Source of the DNA: a virus
Length of the DNA: 64,000 nt
Reading direction: 5' to 3' (one strand)
IMG/VR virus record: IMGVR_UViG_3300014202_000879
Location: 117,889 to 181,888 of that record
How positions within the stretch are numbered: the stretch's first letter is position 1; each line of letters begins with the position of its first letter. Under the pieces are notes generated by a model. It did no database searches, was not told where the DNA came from, and saw only the letters and a program-made list of their open reading frames with translations. Position numbers and translations under genes: made by a program. Positions 50,433 through 57,721 of the stretch are shown in pieces.

Positions 50433-50450
50433 ATATATACTTGAATTGAC
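50433..50450 (+). promoter_or_regulatory. putative early (vRNAP) promoter motif
   Basis: ATATATACTTGAATTGAC. Confidence 0.7.
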
Positions 50451-50536
50451 ACACCTGCTAACAGTAGCTGGTTGTGACCGCTGCAGATCGCAGCAAGGGG
50501 TGAGCTTTACCCTGTATAAAGAGCAAGGAGATAATC
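50448..50536 (+). ncRNA. structured 5' leader RNA motif, copy A
   Basis: Three hairpins; invariant CTAACAGTAG; covaries with copies B and C. Confidence 0.7.
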
Positions 50537-50899
50537 ATGAGTTTCGCATATGTTATCGAGGGCGGGTTCCTGGCATGTTCCATCGACCAAACCACCGGGG
50601 TGTTCAAAGCCCCGGCAGGTGTGGATGTGGATGCATACGTCCGGTCGTTTGACCGGATCAAGCACATCCGCATCCCCCTGAAGGGCGAGGGGAAGTGGAC
50701 CCGGGTGGGCTCAGGGACAGCGGCCCTGAGCTACTGGGAGGCTGCCGCCAACCGTTCCCCTGACCAAGTGTCTCCTGAAAAGGATGACATCGAGTGGTCG
50801 GAGGACTGGGAGGGGTCGCTGGTCCAGGTGCGTTCCCAGCGCCAGCTCTATACCTGTCCATGGACAAGTGAGAGTTGGTGGTGGGAGACCGTCAGTTGA
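50537..50899 (+). CDS. hypothetical Trp-rich protein
   Basis: 120 aa with AAGGAG RBS; followed by a terminator. Confidence 0.75.
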   Translation: MSFAYVIEGGFLACSIDQTTGVFKAPAGVDVDAYVRSFDRIKHIRIPLKGEGKWTRVGSGTAALSYWEAAANRSPDQVSPEKDDIEWSEDWEGSLVQVRSQRQLYTCPWTSESWWWETVS

Positions 50900-50900
50900 C

Positions 50901-50934
50901 GGGGAGTGCGGGAACCTACCCGCCTTCTTTTTTT
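50901..50934 (+). terminator. intrinsic terminator
   Basis: GCGGG-AACCTA-CCCGC then CTTC-T7. Confidence 0.6.
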
Positions 50935-50951
50935 CTATCAAGATCACGATC

Positions 50952-50969
50952 ACATATACTTTAGCTGAC
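50952..50969 (+). promoter_or_regulatory. putative early (vRNAP) promoter motif
   Basis: ACATATACTTTAGCTGAC upstream of 51002. Confidence 0.6.
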
Positions 50970-51001
50970 ACCCCTACCCTTAACTTTTAGAAAAGATCCA
51001 A

Positions 51002-51331
51002 ATGTTCGAACAACCCAAAGCAACAGTTCCAAACAACCCTGTAGAGATCATGCTCAAGGTCGATTGTCTGCACAAGAACATCGAAGCCATTCGTGACGAA
51101 GTTTTTAAGGCGATGTCGCCCTACATGACTTTTATGTCTTTTGATTTGTCTGGGAAAAGGCAAATTGAGTTCAATGTAACTCTTCTGAACACAGCGTCTT
51201 TGGGCACCCGCGCCATGGAGCTTGTCGAGTTGTTTCGCCCGATGATCAGCCAAAGGCTCTCGTGCATAAGTTTCAACCTGGTCACCGAGACTGGCTTGCA
51301 CACGGACGTAACCAGCGTAAGTATCTTTTAA
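51002..51331 (+). CDS. hypothetical protein
   Basis: 109-aa ORF downstream of the promoter motif. Confidence 0.65.
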   Translation: MFEQPKATVPNNPVEIMLKVDCLHKNIEAIRDEVFKAMSPYMTFMSFDLSGKRQIEFNVTLLNTASLGTRAMELVELFRPMISQRLSCISFNLVTETGLHTDVTSVSIF

Positions 51332-51348
51332 CCAAATCTAGACCGACC

Positions 51349-51774
51349 ATGGATGTAAACAAACTCATGATCCAGCTGAACTACAGAATGCTTCCAGCGA
51401 ACACCCCGGTGGAAGTTTGCCTGACGCTCGATTGTCGTGGTGCAGATGGATCCATGATACATGACCGTTTGGTTCGTGAAACAGGAAAATACCTGTCGTT
51501 AAATGATAGAGGCAAACCCATCTGCAAAATCACAGCTTCCCTCAAGAACGTGGACAAGTCGATAGATGTGGTTGCACAAGTAAATGCTTTCCACAAGACA
51601 ATAGCCACAGAGCCATGGATAAAACAACATGGTGCGGGTCAAGCCAGAGGCATCGATTTTGTTATCCAGATACCAGAGGGCCGCAGCAAGTCGGCTACAG
51701 AACTGGTGGTTTCTGATGAAAAGTCACACAAGACAGGTACCGGCTTGTATCGATTCACAATCCTATATACCTAA
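51349..51774 (+). CDS. hypothetical protein
   Basis: ATG 51349 (MDVNKL...) follows the previous stop; track start 51262. Confidence 0.65.
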   Translation: MDVNKLMIQLNYRMLPANTPVEVCLTLDCRGADGSMIHDRLVRETGKYLSLNDRGKPICKITASLKNVDKSIDVVAQVNAFHKTIATEPWIKQHGAGQARGIDFVIQIPEGRSKSATELVVSDEKSHKTGTGLYRFTILYT

Positions 51775-51780
51775 ACTGAC
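51763..51780 (+). promoter_or_regulatory. putative early (vRNAP) promoter motif
   Basis: CTATATACCTAAACTGAC overlapping the upstream stop codon. Confidence 0.65.
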
Positions 51781-51865
51781 ACTCTAACTAACAGTAGTTG
51801 GGTTTGTCCGCTGCAGATCGCAGCAAAGGCCCGTGTTGCCTTTATAAAACACCAGGAGAGAAACA
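51778..51865 (+). ncRNA. structured 5' leader RNA motif, copy B
   Basis: Same three-hairpin architecture; third hairpin has a different sequence (AAAGGC/GCCTTT). Confidence 0.7.
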
Positions 51866-52519
51866 ATGGAAGTCGTTCAAACAGTTAGTGACCTCAAAGA
51901 ACTGTTGAAAAGCCTGAAGAAAGGCAAAAAATACGTTGAGTTTTTTCAGCTCAAAGACCATGTGGATTTCCACAAAGTCAAGAAAAACATCTTGGTCGTC
52001 CCGAACGGCCGGGTTGTCTTCACACCTGGCATAGATCGGGCATCGGTCTCAGCTGCCTACTCGGGCTGCTGGGTGTCGCGGATCAAAACGCCGGAAGGCA
52101 AGTCGGTACGGGTCACCATACTGGATTCCAGTTATTCTGGAAACTACTGGCTGTCGTTGAAACAAGCTCTTATCGTCAAGAGGGACAACCTCAAGATGAT
52201 CAACGGATGTCTTGATAGCGACGGAATTGATTCTGTCTTTTGTACCAACCACTGGTATACCAAAGACAGTAGGAGGCTGGCTACCGACGTAATGACGTTA
52301 CTGCCGAACGGCACCAACAAGTCCGAAAAAGTCTATCGGGTATCGACCTATAACAAAAGGTCTGTGATCGACGACTGGTTGGTGGACCAGGTTTTCAAAT
52401 ACAACCAGGACGTAATCGACATGATCGACATGTCGATCAGTATCCTTGACTTGGGCCCTATGAACTTCACCAGCCTGGAAGAGTGGGAAGCTGGTGCCCC
52501 TATCATCAACCTGAAGTAA
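51866..52519 (+). CDS. hypothetical protein
   Basis: 217 aa with AGGAG RBS. Confidence 0.75.
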   Translation: MEVVQTVSDLKELLKSLKKGKKYVEFFQLKDHVDFHKVKKNILVVPNGRVVFTPGIDRASVSAAYSGCWVSRIKTPEGKSVRVTILDSSYSGNYWLSLKQALIVKRDNLKMINGCLDSDGIDSVFCTNHWYTKDSRRLATDVMTLLPNGTNKSEKVYRVSTYNKRSVIDDWLVDQVFKYNQDVIDMIDMSISILDLGPMNFTSLEEWEAGAPIINLK

Positions 52520-52527
52520 GGAATCAC

Positions 52528-52752
52528 ATGTATGCTATCGTGATAAGGAACGGCAACCGTCCTTCCACACGCATTCGAAAAAGGATGCGACGTCTATCGA
52601 GGCGGCTCAAAACGGCTGTTTGTCTTATGAATCGGCACCAGCTGCGGATGTTCAATTCTTCGATACATATCGAAGACGATAAGGAAAGAATCGCTGCCTT
52701 AAGGCTGTCGGGGTGGCGAGAAGGTTGCTGTCGTGTGATGTACATCAGATAG
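52528..52752 (+). CDS. small Arg-rich basic protein
   Basis: AAGGAA RBS before ATG 52528; RIRKRMRRLSRRLK (track start 52483). Confidence 0.65.
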   Translation: MYAIVIRNGNRPSTRIRKRMRRLSRRLKTAVCLMNRHQLRMFNSSIHIEDDKERIAALRLSGWREGCCRVMYIR

Positions 52753-52771
52753 TGGCCACATAGTCGACATA

Positions 52772-52803
52772 AGGTACAGGGGATCCTAGGATCCCCTGTA
52801 CCT
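52772..52803. repeat. perfect 32-bp palindrome; probable terminator stem (T7 at 52821-52827)
   Basis: AGGTACAGGGGATCCT|AGGATCCCCTGTACCT. Confidence 0.85.
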
Positions 52804-52831
52804 ATAGTCATGTATGTATCTTTTTTTGTTC

Positions 52832-52849
52832 ACATATACTTCAATTGAC
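52832..52849 (+). promoter_or_regulatory. putative early (vRNAP) promoter motif
   Basis: ACATATACTTCAATTGAC. Confidence 0.7.
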
Positions 52850-52935
52850 ATACCCGCTAACAGTAGCTGGTTGTGTCGGTTGCAGGTCGCAACAAAGGGT
52901 GAGCTTTACCCTGTACAAAAAGCGAGGAGTTTCAC
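52847..52935 (+). ncRNA. structured 5' leader RNA motif, copy C
   Basis: Same architecture; GTTGC/GCAAC compensatory change in hairpin 2. Confidence 0.7.
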
Positions 52936-53271
52936 ATGACGATTTTCACCACCCCTACCCTCATTGGCGGTATCAGCAATGTGGCGCCATTCAGCACCAA
53001 CCCGGACGTGGACCGCTTGGTCCGTGAATTCGGCATGTTCTGGAAAAAGACCCCGCACCAGGGGGTCTGGCACATTGCGAAGAATGGCGCCCAGATCACC
53101 ATCGACCACCAAGACATGATTCGGGTGCACCAGTGCCCGACCGTCGCAGACTTCCGCAAGGGCTTCGAGAAGGACGTTTTGCGCACCGTCTTGGCAGTAC
53201 CTGTGGACTCGTTCTACAAGTACCCGGGACTCCAGGTCATCGAGCTTCTGAAGAAGCTGGGGCTGTGGTAA
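52936..53271 (+). CDS. hypothetical protein
   Basis: 111 aa with GAGGAG RBS and strong codon bias. Confidence 0.75.
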   Translation: MTIFTTPTLIGGISNVAPFSTNPDVDRLVREFGMFWKKTPHQGVWHIAKNGAQITIDHQDMIRVHQCPTVADFRKGFEKDVLRTVLAVPVDSFYKYPGLQVIELLKKLGLW

Positions 53272-53427
53272 GCACCATGGGCGCTGTGGATCTTAATCGA
53301 TTCATAGCACACACCTACCAAACAAGCCAAGTACATGGACCAACAATTGCACCAAGGCCATTTGTGCTGGCCCACGCTGTAAGAGTAGAGACTCCAATCT
53401 GGAGACCCTTCTGGGGTCTGTAGGTTG

Positions 53428-53468
53428 GAGTAGCAACAGGCGCCACCCTGTTGCTACTCTTTTTTTTT
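53428..53468 (+). terminator. intrinsic terminator
   Basis: GAGTAGCAACAGG-CGCCAC-CCTGTTGCTACTC then T9. Confidence 0.8.
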
Positions 53469-55597
53469 CACCGAGACATACGCATGGAGTCGTACAGCTG
53501 ATCGAGCATCTCGTCGTAGGATCTTGCTTTCTTGCTGCTGGCTGGGAGAGCCGCAAAAGCTTGCTTAATCTGTAACTCCAACCTACTGCGCACATACTTG
53601 TCGCGTTCGGTGCGCAGCATCGTAGCCAGTAACTCAAACTTCATCACAGCAGCGTCCTCTATCCTTTTCTTCATCAGTGTCATAGGGTCGTTGTCTATGA
53701 TGCTGGCAGCGCTGGATTTAAGAATACTGCTGTGGTGCAGGCCATAGAACTGTGTGTTCCTGGCTGCCGTAAGGAACCAGTATGTCAACAACCAAGCGAT
53801 CACCAAGTCGTCATGGGCGCCGCTTCTGTGGTTGACCTTGCCGTTTTTATCCCTGATCAGAGCCATGATCTGGCTACACAGCTTCTTGCTGCGCATGGTT
53901 CTGGCACCGTGACGCAGCGCTTCTCGCATGGTGGTGCTAAATAGCTCGCTTCGGCTGGTCACACCCATGGCCGATGTAGCAAAGCCAAAAGTCTTTTTGC
54001 TACCATAAGCAACCTCATCACTCACCGTGTCTCTATTTATCAGTTTGTACAGACTTTCTTTTTCTTTGTGGTCATTCGCCACAAAGTTGAATATCCGTTT
54101 AAATGGGTTTAGGTTCTTCATCAAGAACATGGTGATCAGTGATTCCAGGATGGTGGGACCTGTGCTTCTTCTCTCACCGATCAGGATGGTGTTAGGGTAC
54201 CGCATCATGAAATCAAAAAGAAACTGTATGTACGAAGCTATGGTTGTCTCGTTGATGTCCATGTCAAGCAACACCTCGCCTGAGTTGGAGTGTGTGCCAA
54301 CAAGACCAATGGAGTCACCACCAGACGCATCCGATGTATCCAAACCCAACACAATAATGTCGTTGCTGAACGTGGTGTTCATCATACTGGGTTCCACATA
54401 CCACCGCATCATGTAACCATAAGGCTCCATGATCTCTACTTTCAGAGGATCTTGCTGACTGTTCTCAACAACTTGTCTGTCTGATTTCTCAAGAGCGGTG
54501 TTGGCTTCGCCAAACTTCCATTTGTTCAAGAAGTCTTTTTCAGCATCAGCGCCTTCAGCAGCAGCGTCAGCCATCCATTCCTGGATCTGCTCATCACTGA
54601 TACCCAGTTGTCTGTGGTTGAATTCGGTATAGACACGGTAAGGTACGTTTTTCTCGTTGGTACGGCTGTTGGTTTTGACGACCTTGCGCAGGTCTTGCTC
54701 GTTCCTACAGTCATACATGGTTTCGCTAAAAGGGGCTGAGTTCTGAGCCATCCTGTAAACGTACAAACCTTCGTCCTCAGCCAAGTCACCCACTGTGGTG
54801 GACATGATGGTACCATAAGGTGTTCCATTTTCTTTGGCTATGGTTCTCACCATGTTACCGGCTGCCAACATAGCAGGTACGCTGATACCTACGTTAGGGA
54901 TGTAGCATGGCTCATCGATGAAGTTGTTTTCGGACGTATGACCACGACCTACCATCTGAGCTGCTTTGGCGGACTTCTGGGGCACGAAACCAGTGTAGGT
55001 GTTGTCCAGTAAGCTGATCTTGATTTGCTCGGTGTTAGCGATATCTCGATCGCCCCTTGTCTTGAGATAGAAAGGGAGCTCCGAGTCGATCTTTTTCAAA
55101 CGCTCCAAGTTCTTGGCTCGAAGCTGATCATCCTTGGTCAACAAGTTGATGAAAGACTTTCTTAGCCTGAGCTCAAGCAACCATACAGCCAGTGTGTCGA
55201 TACCGTAAGACTTACCGGTTTGGCGTGGCTGCACCAGCAGGTTGAACACATGGTTGAAATACAACCAGTACGTGGCCATGTTGGCCCGGTTCATGTTGAA
55301 GATAGCTGGCTTGGTAGGTGTACTGTTGGGTGTGCGGGAACACTCGCGTATGAAGTACCAGAAATTGATGCTGGCTTCATTGGACACAAGCAGAGCCATA
55401 TCTCGGCTTATATTGGGGTCAAATGGGTCCACACCAATCAGACGCTCATCGTGCAAAGCCAGTGGCCATCGGTTGTTCTGGATACCCATTTCTTTGAGCA
55501 AAGAACAAAATCTCAGAGCATTTTCATTTTTTGTGTCGAAGTCTGGGAAGGCGGTTGGGTATCTGTCCCAGTCTTCCTCGTATAAAATAAGTGCCAT
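53468..55597 (-). CDS. terL: terminase large subunit (phiKZ gp25-like)
   Basis: Walker A QPRQTGKS, Walker B FIDEP, nuclease acidic motifs GLDTSDASGGDS and HDDLVIAWLL. ATG 55597 (MALILYEEDW); track start 55708. Confidence 0.92.
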   Translation of the reverse strand: MALILYEEDWDRYPTAFPDFDTKNENALRFCSLLKEMGIQNNRWPLALHDERLIGVDPFDPNISRDMALLVSNEASINFWYFIRECSRTPNSTPTKPAIFNMNRANMATYWLYFNHVFNLLVQPRQTGKSYGIDTLAVWLLELRLRKSFINLLTKDDQLRAKNLERLKKIDSELPFYLKTRGDRDIANTEQIKISLLDNTYTGFVPQKSAKAAQMVGRGHTSENNFIDEPCYIPNVGISVPAMLAAGNMVRTIAKENGTPYGTIMSTTVGDLAEDEGLYVYRMAQNSAPFSETMYDCRNEQDLRKVVKTNSRTNEKNVPYRVYTEFNHRQLGISDEQIQEWMADAAAEGADAEKDFLNKWKFGEANTALEKSDRQVVENSQQDPLKVEIMEPYGYMMRWYVEPSMMNTTFSNDIIVLGLDTSDASGGDSIGLVGTHSNSGEVLLDMDINETTIASYIQFLFDFMMRYPNTILIGERRSTGPTILESLITMFLMKNLNPFKRIFNFVANDHKEKESLYKLINRDTVSDEVAYGSKKTFGFATSAMGVTSRSELFSTTMREALRHGARTMRSKKLCSQIMALIRDKNGKVNHRSGAHDDLVIAWLLTYWFLTAARNTQFYGLHHSSILKSSAASIIDNDPMTLMKKRIEDAAVMKFELLATMLRTERDKYVRSRLELQIKQAFAALPASSKKARSYDEMLDQLYDSMRMSR

Positions 55598-55634
55598 TTC
55601 GGGTGCTGCCTTAAGTGTTATTGTGCCATAGGAT

Positions 55635-55677
55635 AAAAAGTATCCGCACCAGGGGCCTGAGCGCCCTGGTGCGGATA
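55635..55677 (-). terminator. intrinsic terminator upstream of terL
   Basis: TATCCGCACCAGGG / CCCTGGTGCGGATA, 14-bp stem followed by CTTTTT on the minus strand. Confidence 0.65.
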
Positions 55678-55738
55678 AACTCATCCGGCTGGATGTAGAG
55701 GAAAACAAATCACAAACACACCACTCAAGTCACACACA

Positions 55739-55939
55739 AAGTCTTGTTAAGAGGACGGCCTGCTCTCACCTATGGCACCGAAATCCATAAGTCGTAAAAG
55801 CGATATTGCGCACGGCATCGCAGACTTTTAGGATATTGATATCATAGTCTGTGGCGTGTGGGCAGGCTCGCCCACCTAACAAGACTTGGAAAGGCCTAGA
55901 GGGTGATCACGTTGCCGTGAAGTCTCTAAGTCTTTCCAA
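55739..55939 (-). ncRNA. putative structured non-coding RNA of unknown family
   Basis: Hairpin with GCAA tetraloop plus a long stem closing a multiloop with a UUCG loop; G-U pairs and tetraloops read correctly only on the minus strand. Confidence 0.6.
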
Positions 55940-55959
55940 ACTATTCAAACAAGCAGTAG

Positions 55960-56436
55960 CTAAAATACCGTAGAGTTGCCGCTGTTCCTGATTTCGTGTT
56001 CAATGAACTTCACGTAGAACTCCATCAGCAAATGAGCTATTGCCTCTTCTTCTATGTAATCAAACAACCAGGAGTGAAAAATACTCCTGTGCAGAGTAAA
56101 CTTCAGGTTGTTGTATTTCTCCAGGTGTTCTGGCAAGATATCGTCGAACTCGCACCCAACGACATAGCCTACGTAAGTCTGTCTGGAGACCGACCCCCGT
56201 TTGTAGACAACATCGTGGTAGAATTGCTTGTAAAACGTAAAGGTAAGTTTGGCGCCATTGTCCAGCAGGAGTGTGCTTACACCCAACTTGATTATGTTGG
56301 GCGCCATGGCTTGTTTGAAGAACCTGAGCCCGTACAGATGGATGATGGTTTTAAGCACCACACCAAACAAGTAACTCATCATCCCAGTAAAGACTGATTT
56401 TTTGTTGTTCATGGCATTTTTACGTGTTGGTTGCAT
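55960..56436 (-). CDS. hypothetical protein
   Basis: 158 aa with hydrophobic N-terminus; alternative ATG at 56412. Confidence 0.65.
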   Translation of the reverse strand: MQPTRKNAMNNKKSVFTGMMSYLFGVVLKTIIHLYGLRFFKQAMAPNIIKLGVSTLLLDNGAKLTFTFYKQFYHDVVYKRGSVSRQTYVGYVVGCEFDDILPEHLEKYNNLKFTLHRSIFHSWLFDYIEEEAIAHLLMEFYVKFIEHEIRNSGNSTVF

Positions 56437-56482
56437 GGATTCACAAGAGGATGCAGCAATCTAACACGGGCCTACCCTCGGT

Positions 56483-57718
56483 CTACCTCATCACGAGACT
56501 TCTAAGCGTGATATACAGTATAAGGCTTGTACGTGTGGACAACACAAGCGATTTGTTAGCAGAACGGTTATTCATGCTTTGTTTAACGACACTTTCACCC
56601 ATGGTGCGAATACGCTCGATGTCTTCGTCGATCAGACGTGTGGACAAGTAGAGGTTCTTCAGCTTGATGAGTACAGCAGAGTAGTCTCTCTTTTGGGTGT
56701 GCTCGATCCGGTTGGCTATCAGATCGTAGCTGTAGACCAACACACCCGAGACAAAATCACGCACCAACACAGCAGTGGCCTGGTTCATGTAGCCATCGCT
56801 GAGCCACTTTAGACCTGTCTCTATAGCGTACACCGAAGTGTTTTTATTGATGTCGCGAATGACATCAATCAAGTCCCCATGTATAAAGCTGTTTTGGTCA
56901 GCCAGTACCGTCATGAATGTTGCAATGTGGCTATCCAGACTCTTGACCTTTTCTTTCATGATCTCTTTGCCTTCTGCATCGGTCATGGTGGCCGATGTGG
57001 AGGATATCCTCAGACCAGAGTCGTGGACTTTCTTGAATTCACGGTAGTAGGGCTTCATTGCAGATCGTAAAGCACCCTGTGAATTATTCATCGCATAGAC
57101 GACCTTAGAATCGTCCCTGAAGCTCTTTAGATCCCTCAGGTGCACTGACTCAGGTGCAATCAAAGATTTCGCTCTGAAGTCCATTAAAGCCGCCCACGAT
57201 CCAAGCTTCTTGATCAGGAACTTTTTGTTCAGCTGAGCGAAAGCAGCTTCTGCTATCTCAGGTGATGTCGTGCCCCTGTTGAAGTAATGACTCATCAACG
57301 CAGCGATGCACCGGTAAAAGAAGATCAAGCCGCTGTTGTAGCAGGCAGTGTACCTGGCCTTGGCATCCATACTGGGCTCATTCAAGAACCGATGGATGAG
57401 GTACATACATGTTTGGTTGAGCGTGTCGCCAGAGACTTTGAATGAGCTGTCGATACCGGTGGCTTCTTTCACGACACGGCTTCTGAGCTGATCGTAGTCG
57501 ACATCGAGCACATCATCAAAGAACTTGTAGACGGTGGCGTCTGTGAAGTGTACTTTGTGTGCACCCAACAAATGACCACTGAAGAAATTCAGGTGGTCCT
57601 CGTTCATGTTGATGAACATCAAGCTGAAATTGTAGATTCTCTTCGATAGTGCCGGGTCGAACTTGACACGATGGAATTCCTCATCGAAGATTTGTTTGAG
57701 TGTAAGGCCTTCCACCAT
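56483..57718 (-). CDS. conserved phiKZ-like core hypothetical protein
   Basis: 411 aa; LNKKFLIKKLGSW and LKNLYLSTR motifs. Confidence 0.75.
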   Translation of the reverse strand: MVEGLTLKQIFDEEFHRVKFDPALSKRIYNFSLMFINMNEDHLNFFSGHLLGAHKVHFTDATVYKFFDDVLDVDYDQLRSRVVKEATGIDSSFKVSGDTLNQTCMYLIHRFLNEPSMDAKARYTACYNSGLIFFYRCIAALMSHYFNRGTTSPEIAEAAFAQLNKKFLIKKLGSWAALMDFRAKSLIAPESVHLRDLKSFRDDSKVVYAMNNSQGALRSAMKPYYREFKKVHDSGLRISSTSATMTDAEGKEIMKEKVKSLDSHIATFMTVLADQNSFIHGDLIDVIRDINKNTSVYAIETGLKWLSDGYMNQATAVLVRDFVSGVLVYSYDLIANRIEHTQKRDYSAVLIKLKNLYLSTRLIDEDIERIRTMGESVVKQSMNNRSANKSLVLSTRTSLILYITLRSLVMR

Positions 57719-57721
57719 GGT

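Noticed and set aside
50461-50515. Pseudoknot between the ACAG loop and downstream CUGU
   Set aside because: Possible in copies A and C but broken in copy B (CUUU), and it competes with hairpin 3; not supported enough.
50448-52935. Leader repeats as a CRISPR array or a known riboswitch/ribozyme
   Set aside because: Only three copies, 1.1-1.3 kb apart, separated by genes, with no cas genes. No hammerhead, twister or pistol core; the ACAG loop is not the ACGR loop of guanidine-II.
53277-53423. 48-codon ORF (MGAVDLNRF...) before the terminator
   Set aside because: No clear RBS and no recognisable features; could be real but is unsupported.
55739-55939. Group I intron, tRNA or tmRNA reading of the terL-upstream structure
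   Set aside because: CAGACUA and AAAAGUCU resemble the R/S elements but are only 19 nt apart and pair as a simple hairpin. No interrupted exon, T-loop consensus or CCA end is present.
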